A DNA stretch of 21,947 bases, taken from contig JBJKQR010000007.1 of assembly GCA_046735395.1 (NCBI GenBank), forward strand, positions 1 through 21,947, given 5' to 3'. Positions 1 to 8,228 of the stretch are shown here, one piece after another. Source of the DNA: Fidelibacterota bacterium. GTDB taxonomy: Bacteria > Fidelibacterota > Fidelibacteria > Fidelibacterales > DSDE01. The notes below the pieces were generated by a model. That model was not told the origin of the DNA, did no database searches, and saw only the letters and a list, made by a program, of their open reading frames with translations. The position numbers were made by a program, and so were the translations under genes. Within the stretch, counting starts at the first letter, position 1; each line of letters opens with the position of its first letter.

Positions 1-17
1 CTGCGGACCGCCCAATC

Positions 18-300
18 TGTCATTGCGGGCTTGACCCGCAATCTGCTTTACGTGTTGCGAAGATGCCGATAAAATCAAGACGTGAGTGACAGTTAACCAC
101 CGGTTAAAACGCATCAACCCGCTAACCCGCAAACCATCCAACCGACCTAAGTATGTCATTGCGGACCTGATCCGCAGCGCAATCTCTTGCCGTTTAAGGC
201 GAGGTGTGAGGTGTACAAGAATCTGGTGTACAACAGAATTAAGGAGATTCCGGATCGCCCCCGTCTACGTTCCACTACGACAGGGTTGTCCGGAATGACA
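18..300. repeat. REP/MITE-like palindromic repeats, two inverted pairs (TGTCATT[G/C]CGG...CCG[C/G]AATCT family)
   Basis: Copies: tgtcattgcgggcttgacccgcaatct at 18-44, tgtcattgcggacctgatccgca(gcgc)aatctc at 154-186, a reverse-complement copy ggagattccggatc...gtccggaatgaca at 243-300, and a degenerate reverse copy at about 60-91. The three well-preserved copies each form a hairpin. Confidence 0.8.
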
Positions 301-335
301 GTTTCATAATATTGTCGCAGTGGGCTTTCCACGAT

Positions 336-391
336 AAACCCGCTAACCCGCTAACCCGTAAACTTGCAAACGCTTCAACGCCCCAACACAC
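336..391. repeat. Degenerate 8-mer tandem repeat (taacccgc)
   Basis: aaacccgc-taacccgc-taacccgt-aaacttgc-aaacgctt-caacgccc-caacacac. The same unit occurs at 115-135. Confidence 0.65.
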
Positions 392-412
392 CGACGGTCT
401 GTACTGCCGTGG

Positions 413-1009
413 CTATTTTGATTTGCGCAAAATGGGAAAACGTCGGGCGGATTTTTCACTGCCTAGGGTCGTGGGAAGATAGCCGGAGGAAATGAATCGG
501 ATGTCCTCCACAGTGTACATGGCATTGGGATTATAATGTTTTACAATAGATACCATATCCTTCAGGTCTGCCCGCTTCAGGACGGTAAACAGCACATTCA
601 CGGGCCCCTCCGGGCCGTCCGCATCCAGGATGGTCCATTTGAAATCTGTATTCTTCAGGTAGGTGATGAGAGATTTTGCATCCTTCTGCGTGATGATTCT
701 CATGACCACATTTCCCAGGGCGATGCGTTCCTCAATCCGGATTCCCACATAATTCCCGATGGCAAAGCCCAGGGCGTAGGCGAAATAATTTACCGCATTG
801 GTCAGATTCTGCATGATCTGGGAAATGGCGACCAGCCAGATGAGAACTTCGAAAAACCCCAGAAAGGGGGCGACATATTTCATTCCCTTGCTCACGAAGA
901 TGATCCGCAGTGTGCCGATGCTCACGTCCATGATGCGTGACAGCACAATCAGCAGCGGAACAACGATCATGGCGACGATATGAGATGAAAATATATCGTG
1001 AAGGTTCAT
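413..1009 (-). CDS. DUF2179/UPF0316 (YebE-like, DUF5698+DUF2179) membrane protein
   Basis: 198 aa. N-terminal TM region with family motifs RIMDVSIGTLRII, GFFEVLIWL and YALGFAIGNYVG, then a P-II/ferredoxin-like C-terminal domain ending YNPNAMYTVEDIR. TAG stop. Confidence 0.9.
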   Translation of the reverse strand: MNLHDIFSSHIVAMIVVPLLIVLSRIMDVSIGTLRIIFVSKGMKYVAPFLGFFEVLIWLVAISQIMQNLTNAVNYFAYALGFAIGNYVGIRIEERIALGNVVMRIITQKDAKSLITYLKNTDFKWTILDADGPEGPVNVLFTVLKRADLKDMVSIVKHYNPNAMYTVEDIRFISSGYLPTTLGSEKSARRFPILRKSK

Positions 1010-1102
1010 GGATGAGTTTAGGAAATCAAAACAATTTTCGCCACGATTTTATTTCTCTTCCTGCAAAACCCGAAAACGCGGCTCTGAAGCGGACAATACC
1101 CG

Positions 1103-1153
1103 TTAACCATGGTTAATAAATCGCTTGCGGGAAACCAATAATTCCGCTAATTT
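1103..1153 (+). promoter_or_regulatory. Perfect 14-bp palindrome plus sigma70-like promoter of the cytochrome gene
   Basis: TTAACCATGGTTAA at 1103-1116; TTGCGG (1125-1130) - 17 bp - TAATTT (1148-1153). Confidence 0.5.
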
Positions 1154-1216
1154 TGCTCCACAATGAACGCGCATCAGCGGGAGCAGAAATTTAATCGGAA
1201 TAATCAGAGGCTGTTC

Positions 1217-3742
1217 ATGAATACCTTTAGACGACAGACACTTACAGATCGGCTGCTATGGGTGGGGCTGCTGTTTTTTGCAGTTACGCTGCCCCATACC
1301 CTGCAGGCTCAGGATAATGAGACCTGCGAAATGTGCCACGATGATGAGACGATGGAGACCACCATCGGGGGCCGGCCGGTATCACTTTACGTTACGAGCG
1401 AACAATTAGTCGGATCCCCGCATGAAGGTTTTTCATGTATCGACTGTCATACCGATTTGGAAGGTGTGGAGGATTTTCCGCATCAGAAAAATCTGGATCT
1501 GCCGGTTTGCGGAAACTGCCACGAGGAAGCGCAGAAGGAATTCATCGAAGGATTCTTTCAGCCTCTGATCGACAAGGGGTATACGACCATTCCCACCTGT
1601 CAGGACTGCCATGGAAAGCATAAGGTGTCCTGGGTGGGCAAGCCGAAGAAGGTCTGCGGTATCTGTCATCAGGATATTGTCCGGGAATTTCAGAACAGTA
1701 TTCACTGGCAGGACAGCGATGATCCGGATATTACCTGTGTAACCTGTCACAATCCTCACTTCAAGCATGAGAAGAGCCTCTACAGTCCGGAGGGCTGGAA
1801 GCTGAAGCTGGTGGACCGCTGTGCCCGCTGCCATGAGGACCAGGTCAGGAATTACAAGCTGAGCCGCCATTACACCGAGGTGGCGAGCGGAAACCTGAAG
1901 GCGCCCATCTGTTCGGACTGCCACGCCAAGCATAATATTCTGTCACCCCGGAATCCGAACAGCATCGTGTCGGTGGCAAATCTGGACCGGACCTGTACGC
2001 GCTGCCACGAAGGCTACGAGCGCAGTATTCACCGCAAGCCCGTGAATGATGATCCGCGGAATGAAACCTGTGTGGCCTGCCATACCGGCCACAATACGGA
2101 TTTCAATGCAAAATCCCTGATTTTTGATACACATGTTTCCCAGGTCTGCATGGGATGCCATGAGGACATTCTGGAAAGCGGATTCGGATCGGCACACCAG
2201 TCCATTCACCTGAAGCAGCTGGACCTGATCAAGGAAGGGAAAGTGGCGGACTGCGGAACCTGCCATCAGTATCACTACAGGGCACCTCACCATCAGAAGG
2301 ATCACGCGCTGCGCAAGGAATGCGGTGACTGTCATACGAAGGAACAGGCGGATTATGAGAAATCTGCCCATTACGTGTCGCGCCAGAAAGGTCATATGGA
2401 GGCGCCCACCTGCGTGACCTGCCACAGCAACCGTATGATCAACAGTATGAATGAAACCTATAAGGGCCAGCATATCATCGAGCTCTGCAGCAGCTGTCAT
2501 GGTGACCGCAATATTACGATGAAATTCCAGCTGAATCCCAATGTTGTGGAAGGATACAATTCCTCCTATCATGGACAGATTTATGCTCTCGGATATCAGG
2601 GTGAACAGTTCGCGACCTGCGTGAGCTGTCACGACAACCACAGTATTCTCCCGTCGGATCAGCCCGAATCCACGATCAGCAAAGAAAATATCATGAAGAC
2701 CTGCGGGAAATGCCACGAAGATGTAAATGAGAATTTCGTCGGCTACCTGCAGCATTATTCACCCATGGCGCCGAAGCAGAACAAAATTCTGCGTTTCATT
2801 GATGTCTTCATGAAGGGCCTGCTGCTGGTGACGCTGGTGATTTTCGGAACCCACACGCTGCTGTGGTTTATCCGCCTCATGATCCACCGCGTGAAAAACG
2901 GTCCGCTGAAGCATGAAAACCCCAGCGGCCGCTATGTGAAACGCTTCCATCTGATCGATCGGATCTCTCATGTGGTCATGATCATGGGCTTCCTGACCCT
3001 GGCCTTTACGGGCCTGCCGCTCAAATACAGCCACACACGGCTGGCCAACTGGCTGGTTCACAATATCGTGGGTTTCCGGACCGCGGCCATTCTGCACCGG
3101 TCGGCGGCCATTACCCTCGGCCTTGTCTTTCTGGCACACATCCTCAATCTGCTGTACAAGACCTTTGTGAAAAAGCAGAAGGGAATGTTCTGGGGGCCGA
3201 AGAGCCTGGTGCCGAATCTTCAGGATGTGAAGGATTTCATTCATCATATGCTCTATTTCGTGGGAATGCGGAAAGATACACCCAAATTCGGACGCTGGAC
3301 CTACTGGGAGAAGTTCGATTACTTTGCCGTATTCTGGGGAATGATTGTCATCGGCCTGTCGGGAATCACGCTCATGATCCCGGAAGTGGTGACGCGGATT
3401 CTGCCGGGCTGGATGATCAACGCCGCTCATATCATTCACTCGGAGGAAGCCCTCCTTGCGACCGCCTTCATTTTCATTGTTCACTTCTTCAATACACATC
3501 TGCGGCCCGGATCCTTTCCCATGGACGATGTGATTTTCAGCGGGCGCATGCCTGAATCCAAATTCCTTGAGGAACGGCCTCTGGAAAAGGATATGATCGC
3601 GGAAGAAGAGAAGCTGGAAGACTATTATGTGAAGCCGCTCTCAACCCTGAAGAGTGACCTCATTTTCCTCATGGGCTATTTCTTCCTCTTTGTGGGGTTG
3701 GGACTGCTGATCCTGATTATCATGGGAAGCTTCTATAACTGA
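1217..3742 (+). CDS. Multiheme (17x CxxCH) cytochrome c fused to an FdnI/HydC-like membrane cytochrome b domain; CbcL-like quinol:cytochrome c oxidoreductase
   Basis: 17 CxxCH motifs counted (CEMCH through CGKCH). Signal peptide ends TLQA/QD. About 6 C-terminal TM helices with His ligands and the GRWTYWEKFDYFAVFWG and HSEEALLA motifs. The ORF opens at 1163, but ATG 1217 has a GAGG RBS. Confidence 0.9.
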   Translation: MNTFRRQTLTDRLLWVGLLFFAVTLPHTLQAQDNETCEMCHDDETMETTIGGRPVSLYVTSEQLVGSPHEGFSCIDCHTDLEGVEDFPHQKNLDLPVCGNCHEEAQKEFIEGFFQPLIDKGYTTIPTCQDCHGKHKVSWVGKPKKVCGICHQDIVREFQNSIHWQDSDDPDITCVTCHNPHFKHEKSLYSPEGWKLKLVDRCARCHEDQVRNYKLSRHYTEVASGNLKAPICSDCHAKHNILSPRNPNSIVSVANLDRTCTRCHEGYERSIHRKPVNDDPRNETCVACHTGHNTDFNAKSLIFDTHVSQVCMGCHEDILESGFGSAHQSIHLKQLDLIKEGKVADCGTCHQYHYRAPHHQKDHALRKECGDCHTKEQADYEKSAHYVSRQKGHMEAPTCVTCHSNRMINSMNETYKGQHIIELCSSCHGDRNITMKFQLNPNVVEGYNSSYHGQIYALGYQGEQFATCVSCHDNHSILPSDQPESTISKENIMKTCGKCHEDVNENFVGYLQHYSPMAPKQNKILRFIDVFMKGLLLVTLVIFGTHTLLWFIRLMIHRVKNGPLKHENPSGRYVKRFHLIDRISHVVMIMGFLTLAFTGLPLKYSHTRLANWLVHNIVGFRTAAILHRSAAITLGLVFLAHILNLLYKTFVKKQKGMFWGPKSLVPNLQDVKDFIHHMLYFVGMRKDTPKFGRWTYWEKFDYFAVFWGMIVIGLSGITLMIPEVVTRILPGWMINAAHIIHSEEALLATAFIFIVHFFNTHLRPGSFPMDDVIFSGRMPESKFLEERPLEKDMIAEEEKLEDYYVKPLSTLKSDLIFLMGYFFLFVGLGLLILIIMGSFYN

Positions 3743-3766
3743 AAATAATGTGACATAAATGCGCAT

Positions 3767-3796
3767 AGAGCTGGCTTTCCGGGTCAGCTCTTTTTA
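3767..3796 (+). terminator. Intrinsic terminator after the cytochrome gene
   Basis: Stem agagctggc / gtcagctct (one G-U pair), 7-nt loop, followed by a T run. Confidence 0.8.
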
Positions 3797-3810
3797 TTTT
3801 TAACCGAAAA

Positions 3811-5769
3811 ATGCTTAGAAAACGGACATTCTTCACCCCGGCCCGGCCCGGTATTCTGCGAAAGGCACTGTGTTTCCTGATTCTGTTGGGGAGCCTGTCG
3901 GCGACAGGACTGAAGGGGCAGGATGAATCCGGGACCCCGGTCGATTCGCTGTTCAGGAAGATTATGAGCCCGTTCCGGTCCCTGGATCTGCAGCATCTGA
4001 ACACCGATTCGGCGGTCTGGCTCTCCCAGTCCGTCCGCCTGGACAGCGCCGATTCGGAGCCCGTTCTTATATCCCGACTGCAGAAACTGGCCAGCCATTA
4101 TCGGGTCACACGTCAGGTTGCGGAGCATTTCATTCGCCCGCAGACCATTCAGGATGAAGTGCCGGAAATGCCCAGGCAGAATGATCTCGTTCGTTACCGT
4201 GGAAAGAAAATCAGGGATATTCTAATCCTGAAGACGGATATCCTCTATCGTTTTTCGGATACATCCGATGTCAGTCTGCTGAAACGGGCCTCTGCCCTGC
4301 TTGAACATCTGCACCATTATACCCGTGAAGATGTTATCCGAAAAAATCTGATTATCCGTGAGGGAGGGATGCTGAATCCGGCCCTGATACTGGAAAATGA
4401 ACGACTGATCCGTTCTCTCCCATATATCGATGAATGCCGTTTTCTGGTGTCACCGGCGTCGGAGGAGGATTGGGTGGATGTGCTGATCATTGTTCAGGAC
4501 CGTCTGTCCTATACGGGTGAAATTCGTTTCAATTCCTCCCGTCAGGCGCTGCTGTCACTGAATTTTCTGAATATTTACGGTTCGGGAACGGCGCTGAATG
4601 AGGAAGTTAAACTCGAGACCGATCAGATACAGAAAAGCGCCATCAGTCATAGTCAGGTACGCCTCGATAATATCGGCGGCAGTTTCGTGAACGGAGGCTT
4701 CATCAGTCATGAGGATGAGCTGAAGAATTACCGGATTTTCAGCCTGGACCGCTACATGAGGTCGGATATCTTCACCTATACCGGGGAGGTGAATCTGGGC
4801 CGTTTCCGCGTGACAGACAGCCTGGGACAGCCGGCGCCGTATTACTATAATGATTATGATGTCTGGCTGGGCCGATCCCTGAATTTTCGCGATGATGAAG
4901 CCATGCTGAGCCATCCAAAGGTGCTCCTCTCTACCCGGGTTTACCGCCGGGTTCTGAACAGTTCCCCCTATTCGGTGGCTCTGACGCCGCTTGCATATCA
5001 GCCGGAAACGGATGTCCTGCTGAATCTGGCCGTTTCGCGCCGCCATTTTTACTATACGACGCTGGTCCATGACCTGGGCAAAACGGAAGATCTGCCTGCC
5101 GGGTATCTGGTCAATATCACGGGCGGCCGCCGCTATAAATTCGGTGATCCCTTCGACTACGCCGGAATACAGGCTTCCGGGGGCGCCTACCATCATCATA
5201 TCGGCTATGTGTATCAGCGAGTGGAATACAGCACCTGGTTTGATGGTTCGGCGGCTGTGAATGGAAGCCTGAATTGTGAATTTCTGCAATTCACTCCCAT
5301 CTTCGCGGTGCACGGATTGCCAGGACGTTTCTTTTCACGCGTCAGCTATACGCGTGGAATCCATCGGAAGGATGATGCCCGGCTGATTCTCTTCGACGAG
5401 CTGCTTCCGGGGACCTTCGAGAAAAAGGTTCGGACCGGAACAAAACGGCTGCTGGTGGGAGTGGAAAATGTGCTGTACACGCGTCAGCCCCGGGGTGGGA
5501 TCCGCAGCGCCTGGTATCTGCATGGCGACATGGGGCTTCTGGCAGATGAGAGTGAAGAATTGCTTCGGCAGAAGGTTGTCTGGGGGCTGGGGACCGGCTA
5601 CCGTATCAAGCATGATTATCTGGCCTTCAATACGCTGCAGGCCGGAATTGTTCTGTACTGGAGCGAAGCCGGACGTGCTCCGGTGATGGGATACCAGCTG
5701 TCGGCGAACCGGAGTATCCGCTTCGATGATTTCATACAGAATAAACCGGCATTCAGTATATTCCGCTGA
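3811..5769 (+). CDS. Omp85/BamA-TamA-like outer-membrane beta-barrel protein with an N-terminal POTRA-like domain
   Basis: Signal peptide; POTRA-like segment HHYTREDVIRKNLIIREG...ENERLIRSLPYI...VDVLIIVQD; amphipathic beta strands; late barrel motif GLGTGYRI. Confidence 0.7.
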   Translation: MLRKRTFFTPARPGILRKALCFLILLGSLSATGLKGQDESGTPVDSLFRKIMSPFRSLDLQHLNTDSAVWLSQSVRLDSADSEPVLISRLQKLASHYRVTRQVAEHFIRPQTIQDEVPEMPRQNDLVRYRGKKIRDILILKTDILYRFSDTSDVSLLKRASALLEHLHHYTREDVIRKNLIIREGGMLNPALILENERLIRSLPYIDECRFLVSPASEEDWVDVLIIVQDRLSYTGEIRFNSSRQALLSLNFLNIYGSGTALNEEVKLETDQIQKSAISHSQVRLDNIGGSFVNGGFISHEDELKNYRIFSLDRYMRSDIFTYTGEVNLGRFRVTDSLGQPAPYYYNDYDVWLGRSLNFRDDEAMLSHPKVLLSTRVYRRVLNSSPYSVALTPLAYQPETDVLLNLAVSRRHFYYTTLVHDLGKTEDLPAGYLVNITGGRRYKFGDPFDYAGIQASGGAYHHHIGYVYQRVEYSTWFDGSAAVNGSLNCEFLQFTPIFAVHGLPGRFFSRVSYTRGIHRKDDARLILFDELLPGTFEKKVRTGTKRLLVGVENVLYTRQPRGGIRSAWYLHGDMGLLADESEELLRQKVVWGLGTGYRIKHDYLAFNTLQAGIVLYWSEAGRAPVMGYQLSANRSIRFDDFIQNKPAFSIFR

Positions 5770-5817
5770 GAGAGAGCCGAACCCGATCACACGGAACGAT
5801 ATGGCCTGCTCCAAGGC

Positions 5818-5846
5818 TTGACAAATGCGCGAAAAGCAGTTATTTT
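5818..5846 (+). promoter_or_regulatory. sigma70-like promoter of the four-gene operon (probably leaderless)
   Basis: TTGACA (5818-5823) - 17 bp - TATTTT (5841-5846). ATG 5854 lies 7 nt downstream with no Shine-Dalgarno. Confidence 0.6.
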
Positions 5847-5853
5847 TGACAAG

Positions 5854-6450
5854 ATGAAGCTGATTTGCATGGCACTGAAGGCGGAGGCCGATGTGCTTTT
5901 ACACCGATACAAGGCTGAGAGGATACAGATACCCGGACTCGGGCGGGGGCTGTACCGGTTCGTGCTGAAGTCTGACGAATGGCAGGTGTTTCTGACGGGA
6001 ATCGGCCTGAAAAACGCCCGCCGCAGTCTCGATGCCTATTTTTCTGATTTCAGGCCGGACTTTGTGCTGAATCTGGGAACCGCTGCCAGCCTGTCCCCGG
6101 CATGGCCCCTGAAGGCAGCGTATGCCATTCGCCGTGTCATCGCAGCAGACAGCGGGTATTATTTTGATCTGAGTGCAGAGACCTCGGATGAGGTCAGGCT
6201 CCTGAGCGGTACAGAGCCGGTCGCCTCGAAGGCTGAGGCTGAGAACATAGTGGAACGTTACGGCCCGGTTCTGGCCGACATGGAAGGCTTTGCGGTCGCG
6301 GAACGCTGCCGGGCCCGACACGTGGATTTCCGGATCGTGAAATACAGCAGTGACCTGGGACATGAGAATGCGGAACAGGAAATGAGGGCGAATCTCAGCT
6401 CGGCATCCACCGGGCTCGCCGATTATTTCAGTGAACAGTATGGCCGCTGA
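5854..6450 (+). CDS. Nucleoside phosphorylase / MTA-SAH nucleosidase (PNP_UDP_1) family protein
   Basis: Motifs ICMALKAEA, TGIG, VLNLGTAASL, ADMEGFAV and KYSSD match the MTAN/MqnB/HpnG fold. ATG 5854 is preferred over TTG 5818, which is part of the -35 box. Confidence 0.75.
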   Translation: MKLICMALKAEADVLLHRYKAERIQIPGLGRGLYRFVLKSDEWQVFLTGIGLKNARRSLDAYFSDFRPDFVLNLGTAASLSPAWPLKAAYAIRRVIAADSGYYFDLSAETSDEVRLLSGTEPVASKAEAENIVERYGPVLADMEGFAVAERCRARHVDFRIVKYSSDLGHENAEQEMRANLSSASTGLADYFSEQYGR

Positions 6451-7285
6451 CATCTCGGTGATCATTCCGGTTTTCAACCGGCAGGAGACGCTGGACCGGG
6501 CCTTGAAATCCATTTTCTCACAAGGTGTTCCCGTGTCGGAAATCGTAGTTGTGGATGACGGGTCCACGGACGGGACCGCTGCAGTTTATGAAAAATATAA
6601 AGACCGGATCGTTGTTGAAAGATTTTCCGAAAACTGCGGCGTCTCTGCAGCCCGGAACGCGGGGATCCGGCGGGCCACTCATGAATGGATCTGCCTGCTG
6701 GATTCGGATGATGAGTGGCTGCCCGATAAAATCAGGAATCAGCTGGAATACATTGAGCGGCATCCGGACTGCACGATTTTCCAGTCTGAGGAAATCTGGA
6801 TTCGGAATGGGGTGCGGGTCAATCCGATGAAGAAGCACAGGAAATATGGCGGGGATATTTTCCTTCAGAGCCTGCCGCTGTGTATTGTGAGCCCCTCGGC
6901 GGTCATGTTCAGAAAGAGCGTTTTTCTGGAACTGGGCGAATTCGACACGGCCTTTCCCGTGTGTGAAGATTATGATCTGTGGCTGCGCTGGAGCCTTCGT
7001 TATCCGGTGGGGCTGGACGAGCGGCCCGGAATCATCAAGTACGGTGGTCACGAGGATCAGCTCAGCCGCCGTTACCACAGTATGGACCGATATCGTATTC
7101 TGAGCCTGAACAAATGTCTGGCCAGCCCCTATCTGGATTCACAGAGAGAGGGAGCCGTCCGGAACGAACTGAATAAAAAACTGAAGATATATCTGGGCGG
7201 TCTGCAGAAGCGCGGCCGTCACGATAATCCGATTGAAGATGTGGCCCGGTGCCTGGAGGTGGGAGATGACAGTCGAACAGCATAA
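6440..7285 (+). CDS. Glycosyltransferase family 2 (GT-A)
   Basis: ISVIIPVFN, VVDDGSTD, GVSAARNAG, LDSDD (DxD) and EDYDLWLR; subfamily segment EEIWIRNGVRVNP. Start overlaps the upstream stop. Confidence 0.93.
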   Translation: MAADISVIIPVFNRQETLDRALKSIFSQGVPVSEIVVVDDGSTDGTAAVYEKYKDRIVVERFSENCGVSAARNAGIRRATHEWICLLDSDDEWLPDKIRNQLEYIERHPDCTIFQSEEIWIRNGVRVNPMKKHRKYGGDIFLQSLPLCIVSPSAVMFRKSVFLELGEFDTAFPVCEDYDLWLRWSLRYPVGLDERPGIIKYGGHEDQLSRRYHSMDRYRILSLNKCLASPYLDSQREGAVRNELNKKLKIYLGGLQKRGRHDNPIEDVARCLEVGDDSRTA

Positions 7286-8228
7286 AACAGAATATCGGGA
7301 TATTCACTGGATTTCCAATCTTCGCTGTATGGGTTTTCACCGGGCGCACGCCGGTTTCAGGGATCTGCTGGAGTCCATCCGGACCCTGGGAATCCAGACC
7401 CCGCTGCTGATCGCCTCCATCCGTGAGGAAGCCGTGCTTCTCCATGGCTGTGCCCGCCTGAGAGCGGCCATGGAGCTGGAGATTCACCATCTGCCGGTTC
7501 GGATTCTTTCACCTGAACAGGATCCGGAAGCCATCATGGAAGCGCTGTATCTGGAGCATCATTCTCAGGCTCCCCTGAATCTCATCGAAAAGGCCGCTTT
7601 TCTCAATACGGTTATGGCCATGGTTCCGAATGCGGACAGGATGGCCTGGCTGTCGCGTCTGTCCCTGCCTCCCCGGCCCCGGACGCTGGAGAGCCTGGCG
7701 AAGCTGGGACTGGCCTCGGCCGTGTGGCAGGACTTTTTTGTCAGCCGGAATGTGCCCCTGAAGCGGGTGGAATCCTTGCTGAACAGCGCCTGTGCCGATG
7801 AACTGGAAATATTAATCAAACAGGGTGTCGGGCTGAATAAAATTGAGCAGATTGCTGAAAAAATTTCCGAATTGTCTGTCCTGAGCGGCAGGCCGGAAGC
7901 GGAGCTGCTGGCAGAATGTCTTCACGAAAGTGAAGAGCACTGCGGGGAGAGCTGCGGAGCTGCCGCACTGACAGCAGCTTTACTGGAGAACCTCGGCCGC
8001 CGCCGCATGCCACAGCTTTCAGCCTATCGGGAAAACGTCGAAAAACTTCTGGATGGATTGGAGATGCCGGGATTTGTACAGCTTGTCTTTGATCCGGGCT
8101 ACGAAAAGCCGGGCTTCCGGCTCAGTGCCGATCTGGAAGACCCGCAGCGCCTTCAGCAATTTAAAATCTGGTTTGAAAAGGCCGGCCCGGTTCTGCGGAA
8201 GATTGCGGAAAGGGATCTCGAGCCGTGA
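7266..8228 (+). CDS. ParB/Sulfiredoxin N-terminal domain protein (divergent)
   Basis: LLESIRTLGIQTPLLI (box I), LLHGCARLRAA (variant of the GxRR box II) and LNLIEKA. GGAGG RBS before ATG 7266. Confidence 0.7.
   Translation: MTVEQHKTEYRDIHWISNLRCMGFHRAHAGFRDLLESIRTLGIQTPLLIASIREEAVLLHGCARLRAAMELEIHHLPVRILSPEQDPEAIMEALYLEHHSQAPLNLIEKAAFLNTVMAMVPNADRMAWLSRLSLPPRPRTLESLAKLGLASAVWQDFFVSRNVPLKRVESLLNSACADELEILIKQGVGLNKIEQIAEKISELSVLSGRPEAELLAECLHESEEHCGESCGAAALTAALLENLGRRRMPQLSAYRENVEKLLDGLEMPGFVQLVFDPGYEKPGFRLSADLEDPQRLQQFKIWFEKAGPVLRKIAERDLEP

Noticed and set aside
18..391. Repeats as a CRISPR array, or ORF 86-298 as a gene
   Set aside because: Copies alternate in orientation with irregular spacing and no cas genes are present. 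The ORF is just translated repeat sequence.
3749..3764. TGTGA-N6-TGCGC as a CRP/FNR-like site
   Set aside because: The second half-site is poor, and it lies between a stop codon and a terminator.
1217..5769. Cytochrome plus beta-barrel as an MtrAB-type porin-cytochrome conduit
   Set aside because: An intrinsic terminator separates them, and the barrel looks Omp85/POTRA-type rather than MtrB-like. Adjacency alone is insufficient.
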